NCBI GenBank assembly: GCA_047601445.1
Contig: JASGJH010000001.1
Coordinates: 2,560,001 to 2,624,000 of the forward strand
From: Myxococcales bacterium
GTDB lineage: Bacteria; Myxococcota_A; Polyangia; Polyangiales; DASUME01
Direction: 5' to 3'
DNA length: 64,000 nucleotides
The translations under genes were made by a program, and so were the position numbers. This document shows positions 29,787-38,552 of the stretch, piece by piece. The notes beneath the pieces are model-generated. The model did no database searches. It had not been told where the DNA came from and saw only the letters and a program-made list of their open reading frames with translations. The first letter of the stretch is position 1. Each line of letters begins with the position of its first letter.

Positions 29787-31233
29787 ATCCTGGACCGCGG
29801 CCGTAGCCGCTGGCTGTCTGGCTTTATCGGGCTGTGAAGGAGGTCGGCGTCCGGCCCCCCGACCTGGCGACAAGCCCGTGACCCTCGCCGTGGCGAGCGA
29901 TGCGGCGGTCCGCCCTGGCGAGGCCACGCTCCGCCCCAGCTTGCGCGTCGCCATCGTGCCCGATCTTTCGGGCACGCTCGAACCCTGCGGCTGTACACGC
30001 GACACGGCGGGAGGCATCGATCGCCTGGCAGCGGCCCTGGATGCACTCGCGCGGGAGCCCGTTCCTCTGCTCAAGCTCGCGACCGGTGCGGTGTTTGCGC
30101 GGCCCAACGATCCAGTTCACTCGCGCCCGCAACGCGAGCAGGCCGAGCTGCGAACCGAAGCCATGACAGCCGCGCTGCAGCGTCTGGATCTCGACGCGCT
30201 GGCGCTGCGCACGGAGGATCTCACCGCCTACGCACCACGCCTGGCTCAGCTCGTGCGCGCCGGAAGGCCCCACCTCTTGGGCCTCGCTTCGCACCCTGAG
30301 CTCAACCTGCAAGGCAGCGCGTTGCTCGGTGAACACGTCGGCGTGGTCAGTACCCTGGGTGAGAACTGGTCAATGGACAGCGCCACCTCACGCATCGCCA
30401 CGCGCGTGAATGAGCTGCGGTCGCAGGGGGCCCGCCTGGTGATCCTGGTCGCTGACGCCGAAACGTCCGCCGCCGATCGCGCCACGAATGTGGGGGCCGA
30501 TCTGGTAATCCGGAGCGACGGACGGCCCGACACGAGCAAGAGTGAAGTGGGTGCCGCCGTGGAGCTTCGAGGTGGTTACCAGGGCGAAGGGCTTTGGGTG
30601 CTCGACATCTGGCGCAACGATGACCAGAGCCCCGGCCTCCAGCTCCTGAAGCAAGCACCCGCGGCGACCGATCCCGCTCCCGGCCACGCCGTGCTCGCCA
30701 CCTATCGACGACTCGATCGGCAAGCGCCCCAGGACCCGACCCTGCGGCGTTTGCTCGACCAGCTCTTCGCTCGCATCAACGAACGCAACGCGGCCCTCGC
30801 GCTCGACGAACCCACGGCGCAAGCCGGCGCCAAGCACACGGCCTACGTGGGCTCCAAGACCTGCGCCGCCTGCCATACGCAGGCGTACTTTTGGTGGCTC
30901 GGCACGCAGCATGGACGGGCCTACGCGTCCCTGCAGGCGCGCAAGCGCGAGCTCGACCTCGACTGCGTCGGCTGCCACGTCACTGGCTTCGCTGAGCCGG
31001 GCGGCGCGAACCTGGCCTCGCTCACCCAGCTAGCGGGCGTGGGCTGCGAGAGCTGTCATGGTCCGGGTGGCAAACACGTGGACGATCCGCGCAGGATCGC
31101 ACCCGAGATCCACCGTCAAGTGGGGGCCAACAAGTGCATCAGCTGCCACGACGCCCAGCACAGCGATCCGTTCGAATACGAGAAATCACGTGCCGCGCTG
31201 CTGACTCCAGCGCATGGAGGCTCGGGCCGCTGA
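29770..31233 (+). CDS. UshA-like (CGC motif) domain fused to a tetraheme c554-like cytochrome; probable lipoprotein
   Basis: GTLEPCGC...GGIDR; YVGSKTCAACH, CVGCH, VGCESCHGPG, CISCH. An in-frame lipoprotein signal lies upstream of GTG 29878, with a candidate CTG start at 29770. Confidence 0.85.
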   Translation: MARSSKSWTAAVAAGCLALSGCEGGRRPAPRPGDKPVTLAVASDAAVRPGEATLRPSLRVAIVPDLSGTLEPCGCTRDTAGGIDRLAAALDALAREPVPLLKLATGAVFARPNDPVHSRPQREQAELRTEAMTAALQRLDLDALALRTEDLTAYAPRLAQLVRAGRPHLLGLASHPELNLQGSALLGEHVGVVSTLGENWSMDSATSRIATRVNELRSQGARLVILVADAETSAADRATNVGADLVIRSDGRPDTSKSEVGAAVELRGGYQGEGLWVLDIWRNDDQSPGLQLLKQAPAATDPAPGHAVLATYRRLDRQAPQDPTLRRLLDQLFARINERNAALALDEPTAQAGAKHTAYVGSKTCAACHTQAYFWWLGTQHGRAYASLQARKRELDLDCVGCHVTGFAEPGGANLASLTQLAGVGCESCHGPGGKHVDDPRRIAPEIHRQVGANKCISCHDAQHSDPFEYEKSRAALLTPAHGGSGR

Positions 31234-31239
31234 GCGCTC

Positions 31240-32199
31240 TCAGGCCGAGGGACGCAACGAACCGCGCTTCCCGATCAACGTGAACACGAGCGCCAAGACG
31301 AGGGCCGTACCCAACCCGACGACGAGGCTCATGTCGGATCCGAAGCGCAGCCAGGTGGGCACCTTGGCGCGCTCGATCACCAGCTTCGCTTCCATTTCCT
31401 TGGTGGCACTGGTCGGCAGTCCAGCTTGCTTGGCGTCGCGCACGATCTGTTCGGCCTTCTCGAATTCACGCTCCTGCAGGGCGAGCGCCCAAGCGTAGGT
31501 GAAGGTCCGGGGATCTTGCGGCGAGAGCTTGCGGAAGGTGTCCACGCAGGTGCGCAAACGATCCTCGTCCTCGAGTCGCAGCGCAAGCTCGCAGCGCAGC
31601 TGGGCGACCAGCTGCTTGGCGGCGAGCTCCACCCCCATCTCCTTGTCCAGGTGCGCCATGACGGCGTCGAGCTCCTGCACCTCGGCGGACGACGGGGCCT
31701 GATCGCGGGCCAGCATCAAGCGCACGTAGACCGCGTAGTCATCGGCCGTGACGCCACCCAGACCGAGCGCCGTCTTGCAGCTCTCGATGGCGTGCTCGAG
31801 ATCGCCGAGCTCCTTGTAGGACCGGCACATCTTGCTGAAGGAGACCGCGCGCTCCGGCACCGCCTTGGCGATCGCCTGGTAGTAGCGAACCGCGGCGGCG
31901 TGATCACCGCGCTGCGAGGCGGCCTCGGCCCGCGCGATCAGGTCCATCATCAAGTACCCCATGTCGAGCGGCTTCTTCAGCGCCTGCTCGGGCGTGGGCA
32001 CGCTGCGCTCGGGGTGAGCCTCGTCGATGGCCCCTGGAGGGCTGAGGTCGCCCCGCTTGACCTGCTCCAAATCGGGCGGGACGTAGCCGGGCTCGCCTTC
32101 GGTGAGCTGCTGGGCTGGCTGGGCCGACCCGAATCCGGGCGAGGCAAACGCTCCGATGACGACGAGGATGGAGAACGCGAGATGGCGATAGGGCGTCAT
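31240..32199 (-). CDS. Exported TPR protein with C-terminal membrane anchor
   Basis: Signal peptide; AAAVRYYQAIAKAVPE...LGDLEHAIESC TPR; C-terminal hydrophobic stretch followed by KR. Confidence 0.8.
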   Translation of the reverse strand: MTPYRHLAFSILVVIGAFASPGFGSAQPAQQLTEGEPGYVPPDLEQVKRGDLSPPGAIDEAHPERSVPTPEQALKKPLDMGYLMMDLIARAEAASQRGDHAAAVRYYQAIAKAVPERAVSFSKMCRSYKELGDLEHAIESCKTALGLGGVTADDYAVYVRLMLARDQAPSSAEVQELDAVMAHLDKEMGVELAAKQLVAQLRCELALRLEDEDRLRTCVDTFRKLSPQDPRTFTYAWALALQEREFEKAEQIVRDAKQAGLPTSATKEMEAKLVIERAKVPTWLRFGSDMSLVVGLGTALVLALVFTLIGKRGSLRPSA

Positions 32200-32219
32200 G
32201 ACTTTCACTCCGGTCAGAC

Positions 32220-33449
32220 TCAGGGCATGCATTGCGGGTTGCAGTTCGCAGCGTCGCAGCTGGTGAGCGAGTAGGCCGCGCCCGACGGACGCGAGGGAGC
32301 CGAGGCGCGCTTGAGAATCTCGGCCGTACCCGTGGAGATGGCTGCTTGGTTGCAAGCCGCCGAGGTAGCGCATACGCCGGTGGCCAGGGCCCACTGCGCG
32401 CGGCAAGGTCCATCGGCATTGCCCGGCGTCTGACAGGCGGTCGACGGATCCTTGGTGCCGCAGAAGCTCTCGATGGGTCCGTTGGTGCCGTCGTAGCCGC
32501 TCTTGTGCTCGAACATGCAGTTTCGAAGATCGACGCAGAGCTGGACCAGCGTGGCGTCCGTCTTGTCGAAGCACTCGCCGACCGCGTTGTACGTATCGAA
32601 GTCCCGGCAGTTGTCTTCGCGGCACTGCTTGCAGGCCGCCTTCTGCTCAGGCTTGTCTCCGTAGACGACCCCTGCGTCGCTGCCGCCACCGCCAGCATCA
32701 TGCTGGTGTCCAGCATCGGACCCGGAGCCACCCGCGTCCGCGTGGTGGCCAGCGTCATGTCCGGCGTCTGCGTGAGTGCCGCCGTCGTGAGTGCCAGCGT
32801 CGTGACCGCCGCCCGCGTCGCTCGCTCCCGTGCCCGAATCCATCGAGCCGTCGTCCGTGCCCGAGTCCAGCGGATACGTGCAATCCGTCCGACACTCGTC
32901 GGTATCCACGGCGTTACCGTCGTCACACTGCTCGCCCAAATCCAGCAGGCCGTTGCCGCACAGCGCAGGGGCCAGCGTGCAGTCGCTGCGACAGCTGTCA
33001 CCGTTGGCCTGATTGCCGTCGTCGCACTCCTCGGTGGGACTCTTGATGCGATCGCCACAGCGTACGAGGGTGCAGCGTGGCGTGCAGGTCGCACTGCCCT
33101 CGGCGCCGTCGTCGCACTCCTCGCCACCGTCAACTTGGCCGTTGCCGCAGCCGGCGGGGGTCTCCACCTTGCAGCGCGAGTCGCAGCCGTCGCCGTCGCG
33201 CTCGTTGCCGTCGTCACAGACCTCGTCGCCAACCAAACAGCTGTCCCCGCAGGCATTGGCGATGCACGCCCCGTAGACGCAGTGGCTCAAGCCCTCGCCG
33301 CAGGGTGTGCAGTCGGGTGCCTGGTCACAGCTGGCCTGTTTGGACTCTCCGCCCTGATCGGGCGCCGTGTGGAGCAGCTCGATCTTGCGATCGTCGCCGC
33401 AGCCGACCAGCGGTAGAGCGAGGCCCAGCAGATAGAATGCCCTTCGCAT
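32220..33449 (-). CDS. Myxococcus Cys-rich repeat lipoprotein with His-rich linker and shared C-terminal Cys domain
   Basis: Lipobox LVGC; four CDDG repeats; HDAG linker. Confidence 0.88.
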   Translation of the reverse strand: MRRAFYLLGLALPLVGCGDDRKIELLHTAPDQGGESKQASCDQAPDCTPCGEGLSHCVYGACIANACGDSCLVGDEVCDDGNERDGDGCDSRCKVETPAGCGNGQVDGGEECDDGAEGSATCTPRCTLVRCGDRIKSPTEECDDGNQANGDSCRSDCTLAPALCGNGLLDLGEQCDDGNAVDTDECRTDCTYPLDSGTDDGSMDSGTGASDAGGGHDAGTHDGGTHADAGHDAGHHADAGGSGSDAGHQHDAGGGGSDAGVVYGDKPEQKAACKQCREDNCRDFDTYNAVGECFDKTDATLVQLCVDLRNCMFEHKSGYDGTNGPIESFCGTKDPSTACQTPGNADGPCRAQWALATGVCATSAACNQAAISTGTAEILKRASAPSRPSGAAYSLTSCDAANCNPQCMP

Positions 33450-33497
33450 GAGATCTCCCTCGTGCCTGGTTGACGGCGCGAGCATCTGCGGGACGGC

Positions 33498-34076
33498 TCA
33501 GAGCTTGGCCGTGCCTGGTTCCTTCTCGAGACAGACTTTGCAGAAGCGCGCTTCGCAAACTCGCAGCGCGTGGGCCACGCCGAGCGGACGCTGGACGTTG
33601 TCGTATTTGTGCATCATTTCAGTGAGCACGGTCTCGCGTGCGGCCGTCCAGAACACCTGCTGGCACGGGCCGTTGGGCGCCGTCTTGCCAAACACACAGG
33701 CCTCCGTCTCCACGGTGCCGCAGAAGCAATCGATGGTGCCCATGGGCCCGATGCCACAGTGATTCTCGGACATGCACTTCTTGGCGGCGGTGCACTGCTC
33801 GGTGAACAGGGGGTCCGCGTTCGCGAAGCAGTCCTTGATGGGATTGAAGTTCATGCCTTCGATGTTGCTGCACTGGCGCTGCCTGCAGGCGCGGCACGAG
33901 TTATCGGCCTGGGCGGCGTCTCCCGTGGTGATTTCGCCGGGAACGGCCTGGGCAGCCTGGGGAGGCTCGACCTTCGCGGCGCTCTCGGCGACCGCCGGAG
34001 CCTCGGCCTCGGGCTTGTTACACGCCACGGCCAGCGCGGCGAACGAGCAAACCAAGAGAACAGCTTTCCAGCGCAT
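33498..34076 (-). CDS. Lipoprotein consisting only of the shared Cys-rich domain
   Basis: Lipobox AVAC; CRACRQRQC...CF...FCGT...NGPC. Confidence 0.8.
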   Translation of the reverse strand: MRWKAVLLVCSFAALAVACNKPEAEAPAVAESAAKVEPPQAAQAVPGEITTGDAAQADNSCRACRQRQCSNIEGMNFNPIKDCFANADPLFTEQCTAAKKCMSENHCGIGPMGTIDCFCGTVETEACVFGKTAPNGPCQQVFWTAARETVLTEMMHKYDNVQRPLGVAHALRVCEARFCKVCLEKEPGTAKL

Positions 34077-34149
34077 CACGGGAGGACTCCTGAGCTCGCG
34101 CGAGGGGGTCTCGCAGCACGAGCAGCCAGGCCTTCCTAGCTCGGACATG

Positions 34150-34189
34150 AGGACGACTCGGTGACAACTCGGCGAACGCATCGCAACGT
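34150..34189 (-). promoter_or_regulatory. Pho-box-like phased repeat
   Basis: Minus strand ACGTTGC-GATG-CGTTCGC-CGAG-TTGTCAC-CGAG-TCGTCCT, ~74 bp before ATG 34076. Confidence 0.35.
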
Positions 34190-34266
34190 TAGTTGCCCTG
34201 GGGGACGCCCCTACGGCTGGCTGCTCCACCTCATTAAAGGAGAGAGAGGGCGGACCCGGTTAAGAG

Positions 34267-34304
34267 ACAAACGGGAGACCAACCGAAGTTGGCCTCCCGT
34301 CTGT
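34267..34304 (-). terminator. Hairpin terminator with cUUCGg tetraloop
   Basis: ACAGACGGGAGGCCAAC-TTCG-GTTGGTCTCCCGTTTGT just downstream of the 34343 stop. Confidence 0.8.
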
Positions 34305-34342
34305 GGTTTCGAGCGCTTTGAGGAAACGCTCAGCTACTCAGC

Positions 34343-35977
34343 TCACTGGGGCTTGCAGACCGCGCAGTTGGCGGAGTCGCAGTTGGTGAGCGAGTAAGCA
34401 GCACCCGAGGGACGGCTGGGGCTGGAGGCGCGACCGAGGATGGTGGCCAAGCCGCCGTCGATGGCAGCCTGGTTGCAAGCCGCAGCGCTGGTGCAGACGG
34501 AGGTGGCAAGGGCCCACTCGACGCGGCAGGGGCCGTTGGCGCCGCCGGCGTTCTGGCAGGTGGTGGAGGGATCCGCGGTGCCGCAGAAGCTCTCGATGGC
34601 GCCGTTGGTCGGGTCGTAGCCGCTCTTGTGGTCGTACATGCAGTTACGCAGGTCGACGCAGAGCTGGACCTTGGCGGAGTCCGCGTCCTCGAAGCAGTGA
34701 CCGACGGCGTCGTAGCTGTCGAAGTCACGGCAGTTGGCCTGGCGGCAGGTCGCGCAAGCGGCGATCTTCTGGGCCTTATCGGTGACGGGGCTAAGCTTGC
34801 AGTTGGTCTCGCAGCCGTCGCCGTTCACGAGGTTGCCGTCGTCGCAAGCTTCGACGCCCGCCTGGACAACCGCGTCGCCGCACTTGGCATTCTGGCACTT
34901 GGGCGTGGTGGCGTCGTAGGTGCAGGTGTCGGTGTTGATCAGGTTGCCGTCGTCGCACTGCTCGTTGAGCGAGGCCTGGACGATGCCGTCGCCGCAGCCG
35001 GGGTTGCGGCAGCTGTTCGGGCAAGCGTCGGTGTTGACCTGGTTGCCGTCGTCGCAATCCTCGCCGGGATCGACGCGGGCATTGCCGCAGGCGATGGTCT
35101 TGCAGGTGGTGGCGCAGGTGTCGGCGTTGCTGCCGTTACCGTCGTCGCACTCTTCGACGCCCGTGAAGACGACGCCGTCGCCGCAGACGTTGTTCTTGCA
35201 GTTGTCCGTGCAGGCGTCGTTGGGCGTGTTGGGGGTGTCGCACTCTTCGACGCCGCTGACCGCTCCGTCGCCACAGGCGATGGACTGGGTGCACTCGACG
35301 GTCATGGTGAGCGCGTCGTGGCAATCGCCAAGGTTCGCGATCGTGGCCGTGATGGTCTTGATGCCGGGGGTGGCGCAGGTGTAGACCGTGTCGTAGCCGG
35401 TGCCGACGGTGAAGGTGCCGTCCGTGGCCGTCCACTTCACATCGCTGTCACCGTGCGAGATGCCAGCCGTGAAGGCCATGGTCGCGCCGGTGAACGCCTC
35501 GGCGGGAATCGCCTGGAGGGTGGTGACGAGCGGACAGGACTTGAACTGACCGTCGACGATGAGGTCGGCCTTGTCGTCCGTGGCCTGGCAGGTAAGGACC
35601 ACCGTCACGGAGGTGGTCTGGTTGTTGATGATGTTGAACATCTGCGAGCCCTGGCAGGGCTGGTTGAAGCTGGTGGTCGCGCCGAGCGCGATGGTGTAGC
35701 CGTTCTGGATCGGGAGGTTGCCGACGCGGAAGGCGAGCTTGGAGCTGTTGCCCACCGGAACCACGCCGTTGCGGATGAAGCCGCCGGGGCCGGTGATGCT
35801 GTAGTTCACGCTGGTGACTTCGCTGTCGTCGGGCAGCGTAAGGGCCATGCCGAGCTCACCGACTTCGTGATTGCTCGCGCCGATCTTTCCGTTGTCCTTG
35901 GTGGACTCGGTTCCACACCCGCCAACGGCCACGGAGCCGATAGCGAGCGCGGCAAGTACGCTCTTGTAGAGTTGCAT
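34343..35977 (-). CDS. Lipoprotein: Ig/PKD-like modules + Myxococcus Cys-rich repeats + shared C-terminal Cys domain
   Basis: AGGAGG RBS; lipobox VGGC; repeated ECDDGN; strongly biased codon use. Confidence 0.9.
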   Translation of the reverse strand: MQLYKSVLAALAIGSVAVGGCGTESTKDNGKIGASNHEVGELGMALTLPDDSEVTSVNYSITGPGGFIRNGVVPVGNSSKLAFRVGNLPIQNGYTIALGATTSFNQPCQGSQMFNIINNQTTSVTVVLTCQATDDKADLIVDGQFKSCPLVTTLQAIPAEAFTGATMAFTAGISHGDSDVKWTATDGTFTVGTGYDTVYTCATPGIKTITATIANLGDCHDALTMTVECTQSIACGDGAVSGVEECDTPNTPNDACTDNCKNNVCGDGVVFTGVEECDDGNGSNADTCATTCKTIACGNARVDPGEDCDDGNQVNTDACPNSCRNPGCGDGIVQASLNEQCDDGNLINTDTCTYDATTPKCQNAKCGDAVVQAGVEACDDGNLVNGDGCETNCKLSPVTDKAQKIAACATCRQANCRDFDSYDAVGHCFEDADSAKVQLCVDLRNCMYDHKSGYDPTNGAIESFCGTADPSTTCQNAGGANGPCRVEWALATSVCTSAAACNQAAIDGGLATILGRASSPSRPSGAAYSLTNCDSANCAVCKPQ

Positions 35978-36375
35978 CGTGATCAATCCTCCTGCCGCTG
36001 TTCGTTCCAGCAGCCCGAGGTTGGATAGACGCACTCGGTTACGATTGGGTGCGCAACACGCAACTAATTGAGGTTCGTCTCGTACATCTCTGGGCACGGA
36101 CAGCTTGCGTCGCTGAAGGTTACCGGCCGCGGAGCGTGAAGACCCTTTGCGCGGTTAATCGTGCACTCAGCTCGTCCTGAGCATTCGCAGTCTGCGAGAT
36201 CTGAAGGTCGCGTCTGCACTCAACACTACGCGAGCGAGTTCATTCGCGCATCCACAGGTCCATACGAAGAAGTTCCGTGAAATCACTGTTAGGCCATCTG
36301 AGAGCCGCAACTCCGTAACAAGGAGGGTCTACGAGGGTCATCGGTTGCCCAGATCGGCAGCAGGAGGAAAGTCAC

Positions 36376-38310
36376 ATGAACAAGAAAGCTATCGCATCCG
36401 CGCTAGCGCTCGGCCTGGCGAGCACCGCCAGCGCTCAGCTTAAGTTGAAGGGCTCGGACACGCTCTTCGAGATGACCCAGGAGATGCTGACGCTCTGTCA
36501 GATCAGCCCCACCGACCTCACCTATGATGGTGGCGGTTCGGGCGGCGGTCAGGCCGCGATGGCCGCGGGCACGCAGCGCGTTGCTCCCATGTCGCGCTTC
36601 ATCAACGCCGCGGGTTGCAGCGGTGCCGGCCCCGGCGACACGACCACGCGCTCCGGCTACGCCCACTCGCTCGACGCGATCGGCCTCTTCTCCGACAACA
36701 AGGAAGACACCACCTGCGACGACCTCGTCCACGACGCCGTCCTCACGATTGACCCGGCGGCCAACGGCAACGCCGGCGGCGACCCTGCCACCGAGTGCCC
36801 CAACTGCTCCGGCAACCAGTACACCATCAGCCAGTGGCAGCAGGTCCTCCGCATCGTCTACACCGGCCGTCACGACAACGTCCCCGGCTACAACGAGTGT
36901 TCGTTCGACCCGCCCGGCGCCACCGCCGGCGCGCGCAACTGCAGCAGCGACGTCCGCTACACGCTGGTGAACAACTGGGGCAACCTTTTCCAGGGCGGCT
37001 GCACCAATCCCGAGTGCACCACCCTCAAGCACGCTTTCCGCCGCGACGACATCTCCGGCACCACCGACACCTTCCTCGCCTTGATCTCCGTCAAGACCAT
37101 GTTCGCCAGCAACAGCGAATACCAGGGCGCTGACATCTTCTGCAACGGCAGCGAGTTCGAGGACAAGGACCCGATCCGTCGTACCTGCAGCGGCAACGGC
37201 GGCACCGGCGGTGAAGACGTCTGCCAGCGCACGACCTTCGCCCGCGAAGTTCCCTCGGTCGGCGTCCGCGTCGGCACCCTCTACCCGCAGCTCGAGAACG
37301 TGTGGCCGGCCGTCACCGCCGCCATCGTGCCCCCCGCGGCTGCCCCCGGCGACCTCGGTCTCGTGCTCCCGATCGTGATGCCCACGGATCCGGCCCAGCA
37401 CTACCCGAACAACAACGCCTGCAACGGCGACTACAAGCTTGCCTCCATGCCCACCTCGACCAACGGCGAAGAGCGCTGCCCGAACGGCGACTTCAAGAAC
37501 GGCGGTCTTTGCTACTGGCCCGTCGACGACGCGGGTAACTTCGGCTGCGTCGTGCAGTCGAACTTCCGCCCCGGCACCGGCGCGCTCGGCTTCAACAGCA
37601 AGATGGACGCCCGCGTGTACAACCTGACCACGCGCCTCCTCAACGGTCAGATCCCCACCGTCTCGCGCAAGCCCTCGGCGGCGCAGAACCCCGCCAACCG
37701 CACGTTCATCAACGGCGCCTTCTACCGCATCCATCAGAAGACCGCGGAGACCCAGGCCACCGCCGGCACCTTCTGCCGCGAGACCAACGACACCGCCCAG
37801 ATCGGCTGCCTCGTGCAGGCCAGCCCCTGCTCGCTCGGCTACGCCGGCCTCGCCGCCCAGACCAGCGACGCCAACGGTGACCCCATCGCCAACACCAACA
37901 AGTCCCTCGGTATCCGCGCGCCGCTCGCCAGCGCCGGCATCCAGTACCCCAGCAAGACCACCGCTCGTCGCCTGCTCTCCACGCCGGCTGGCGGCGCCAC
38001 GGGCACCTGCTCGGACTTCGGCTCGCGCTACCCGCTGTCCCGCAAGCTCTGGTTCAACACCTTCGTGGGCTTCAATAACCTGGCCGCCGGTGGCGCCACG
38101 GCCGCCGAGCAGCAGCTCGCTCGCTGCTTCGGCGACCGTCGCTTCACGGACCGCGCTGCCAAGCACGCCGGCTTCATCCTCCTCACGGACAACACCTGCT
38201 TGACCGACACCCTCCCCAACCCCGCGACCGTGTTCTCGCCGGACCCCACCTGCACGCTCACGGACGACAACCCCAGCTACGAGTTCTCGACCTGCGCCGT
38301 CAACCCCTGA
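36376..38310 (+). CDS. Secreted 644-aa Cys-rich PstS-like phosphate-binding protein, copy 1
   Basis: Sec signal; KGSDTL, GGGSGGG, APMSR, RRDDISGT, LGYAG, YPLSRKLW; AGGAGG RBS. Confidence 0.8.
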   Translation: MNKKAIASALALGLASTASAQLKLKGSDTLFEMTQEMLTLCQISPTDLTYDGGGSGGGQAAMAAGTQRVAPMSRFINAAGCSGAGPGDTTTRSGYAHSLDAIGLFSDNKEDTTCDDLVHDAVLTIDPAANGNAGGDPATECPNCSGNQYTISQWQQVLRIVYTGRHDNVPGYNECSFDPPGATAGARNCSSDVRYTLVNNWGNLFQGGCTNPECTTLKHAFRRDDISGTTDTFLALISVKTMFASNSEYQGADIFCNGSEFEDKDPIRRTCSGNGGTGGEDVCQRTTFAREVPSVGVRVGTLYPQLENVWPAVTAAIVPPAAAPGDLGLVLPIVMPTDPAQHYPNNNACNGDYKLASMPTSTNGEERCPNGDFKNGGLCYWPVDDAGNFGCVVQSNFRPGTGALGFNSKMDARVYNLTTRLLNGQIPTVSRKPSAAQNPANRTFINGAFYRIHQKTAETQATAGTFCRETNDTAQIGCLVQASPCSLGYAGLAAQTSDANGDPIANTNKSLGIRAPLASAGIQYPSKTTARRLLSTPAGGATGTCSDFGSRYPLSRKLWFNTFVGFNNLAAGGATAAEQQLARCFGDRRFTDRAAKHAGFILLTDNTCLTDTLPNPATVFSPDPTCTLTDDNPSYEFSTCAVNP

Positions 38311-38339
38311 ACGCGCTGTACGCCTAGAGCGTAGTGGAC

Positions 38340-38368
38340 GAGCCGGCCTCCGTGATGGGGGTCGGCTC
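38340..38368 (+). terminator. 3' hairpin after copy 1
   Basis: GAGCCGGCCTCC-GTGAT-GGGGGTCGGCTC followed by GACTGCTTTT. Confidence 0.65.
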
Positions 38369-38469
38369 GACTGCTTTTAGCCGCGCGAAGCATCGCCCAT
38401 CCTCGTTACTTCCCGCGCGGACTCCTCGTGCTGCGCACGCTGCGGACCTCCGAAGGGTGAGAGTTTCGA

Positions 38470-38498
38470 CAATCACTCCGCTGACAACACGTCGTCAC
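38470..38498 (+). promoter_or_regulatory. Pho-box-like array upstream of copy 2
   Basis: CAATCAC-TCCG-CTGACAA-CACG-TCGTCAC. Confidence 0.5.
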
Positions 38499-38552
38499 AA
38501 CAGGTGTTTACCAGGGTTTCGATGCCCTGTTGGGCAGCAGGAGGAAAGTCAC

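Noticed and set aside
29980..29997. Selenocysteine in the UshA-like CGC motif
   Set aside because: Codons are TGC and TGT; there is no in-frame TGA.
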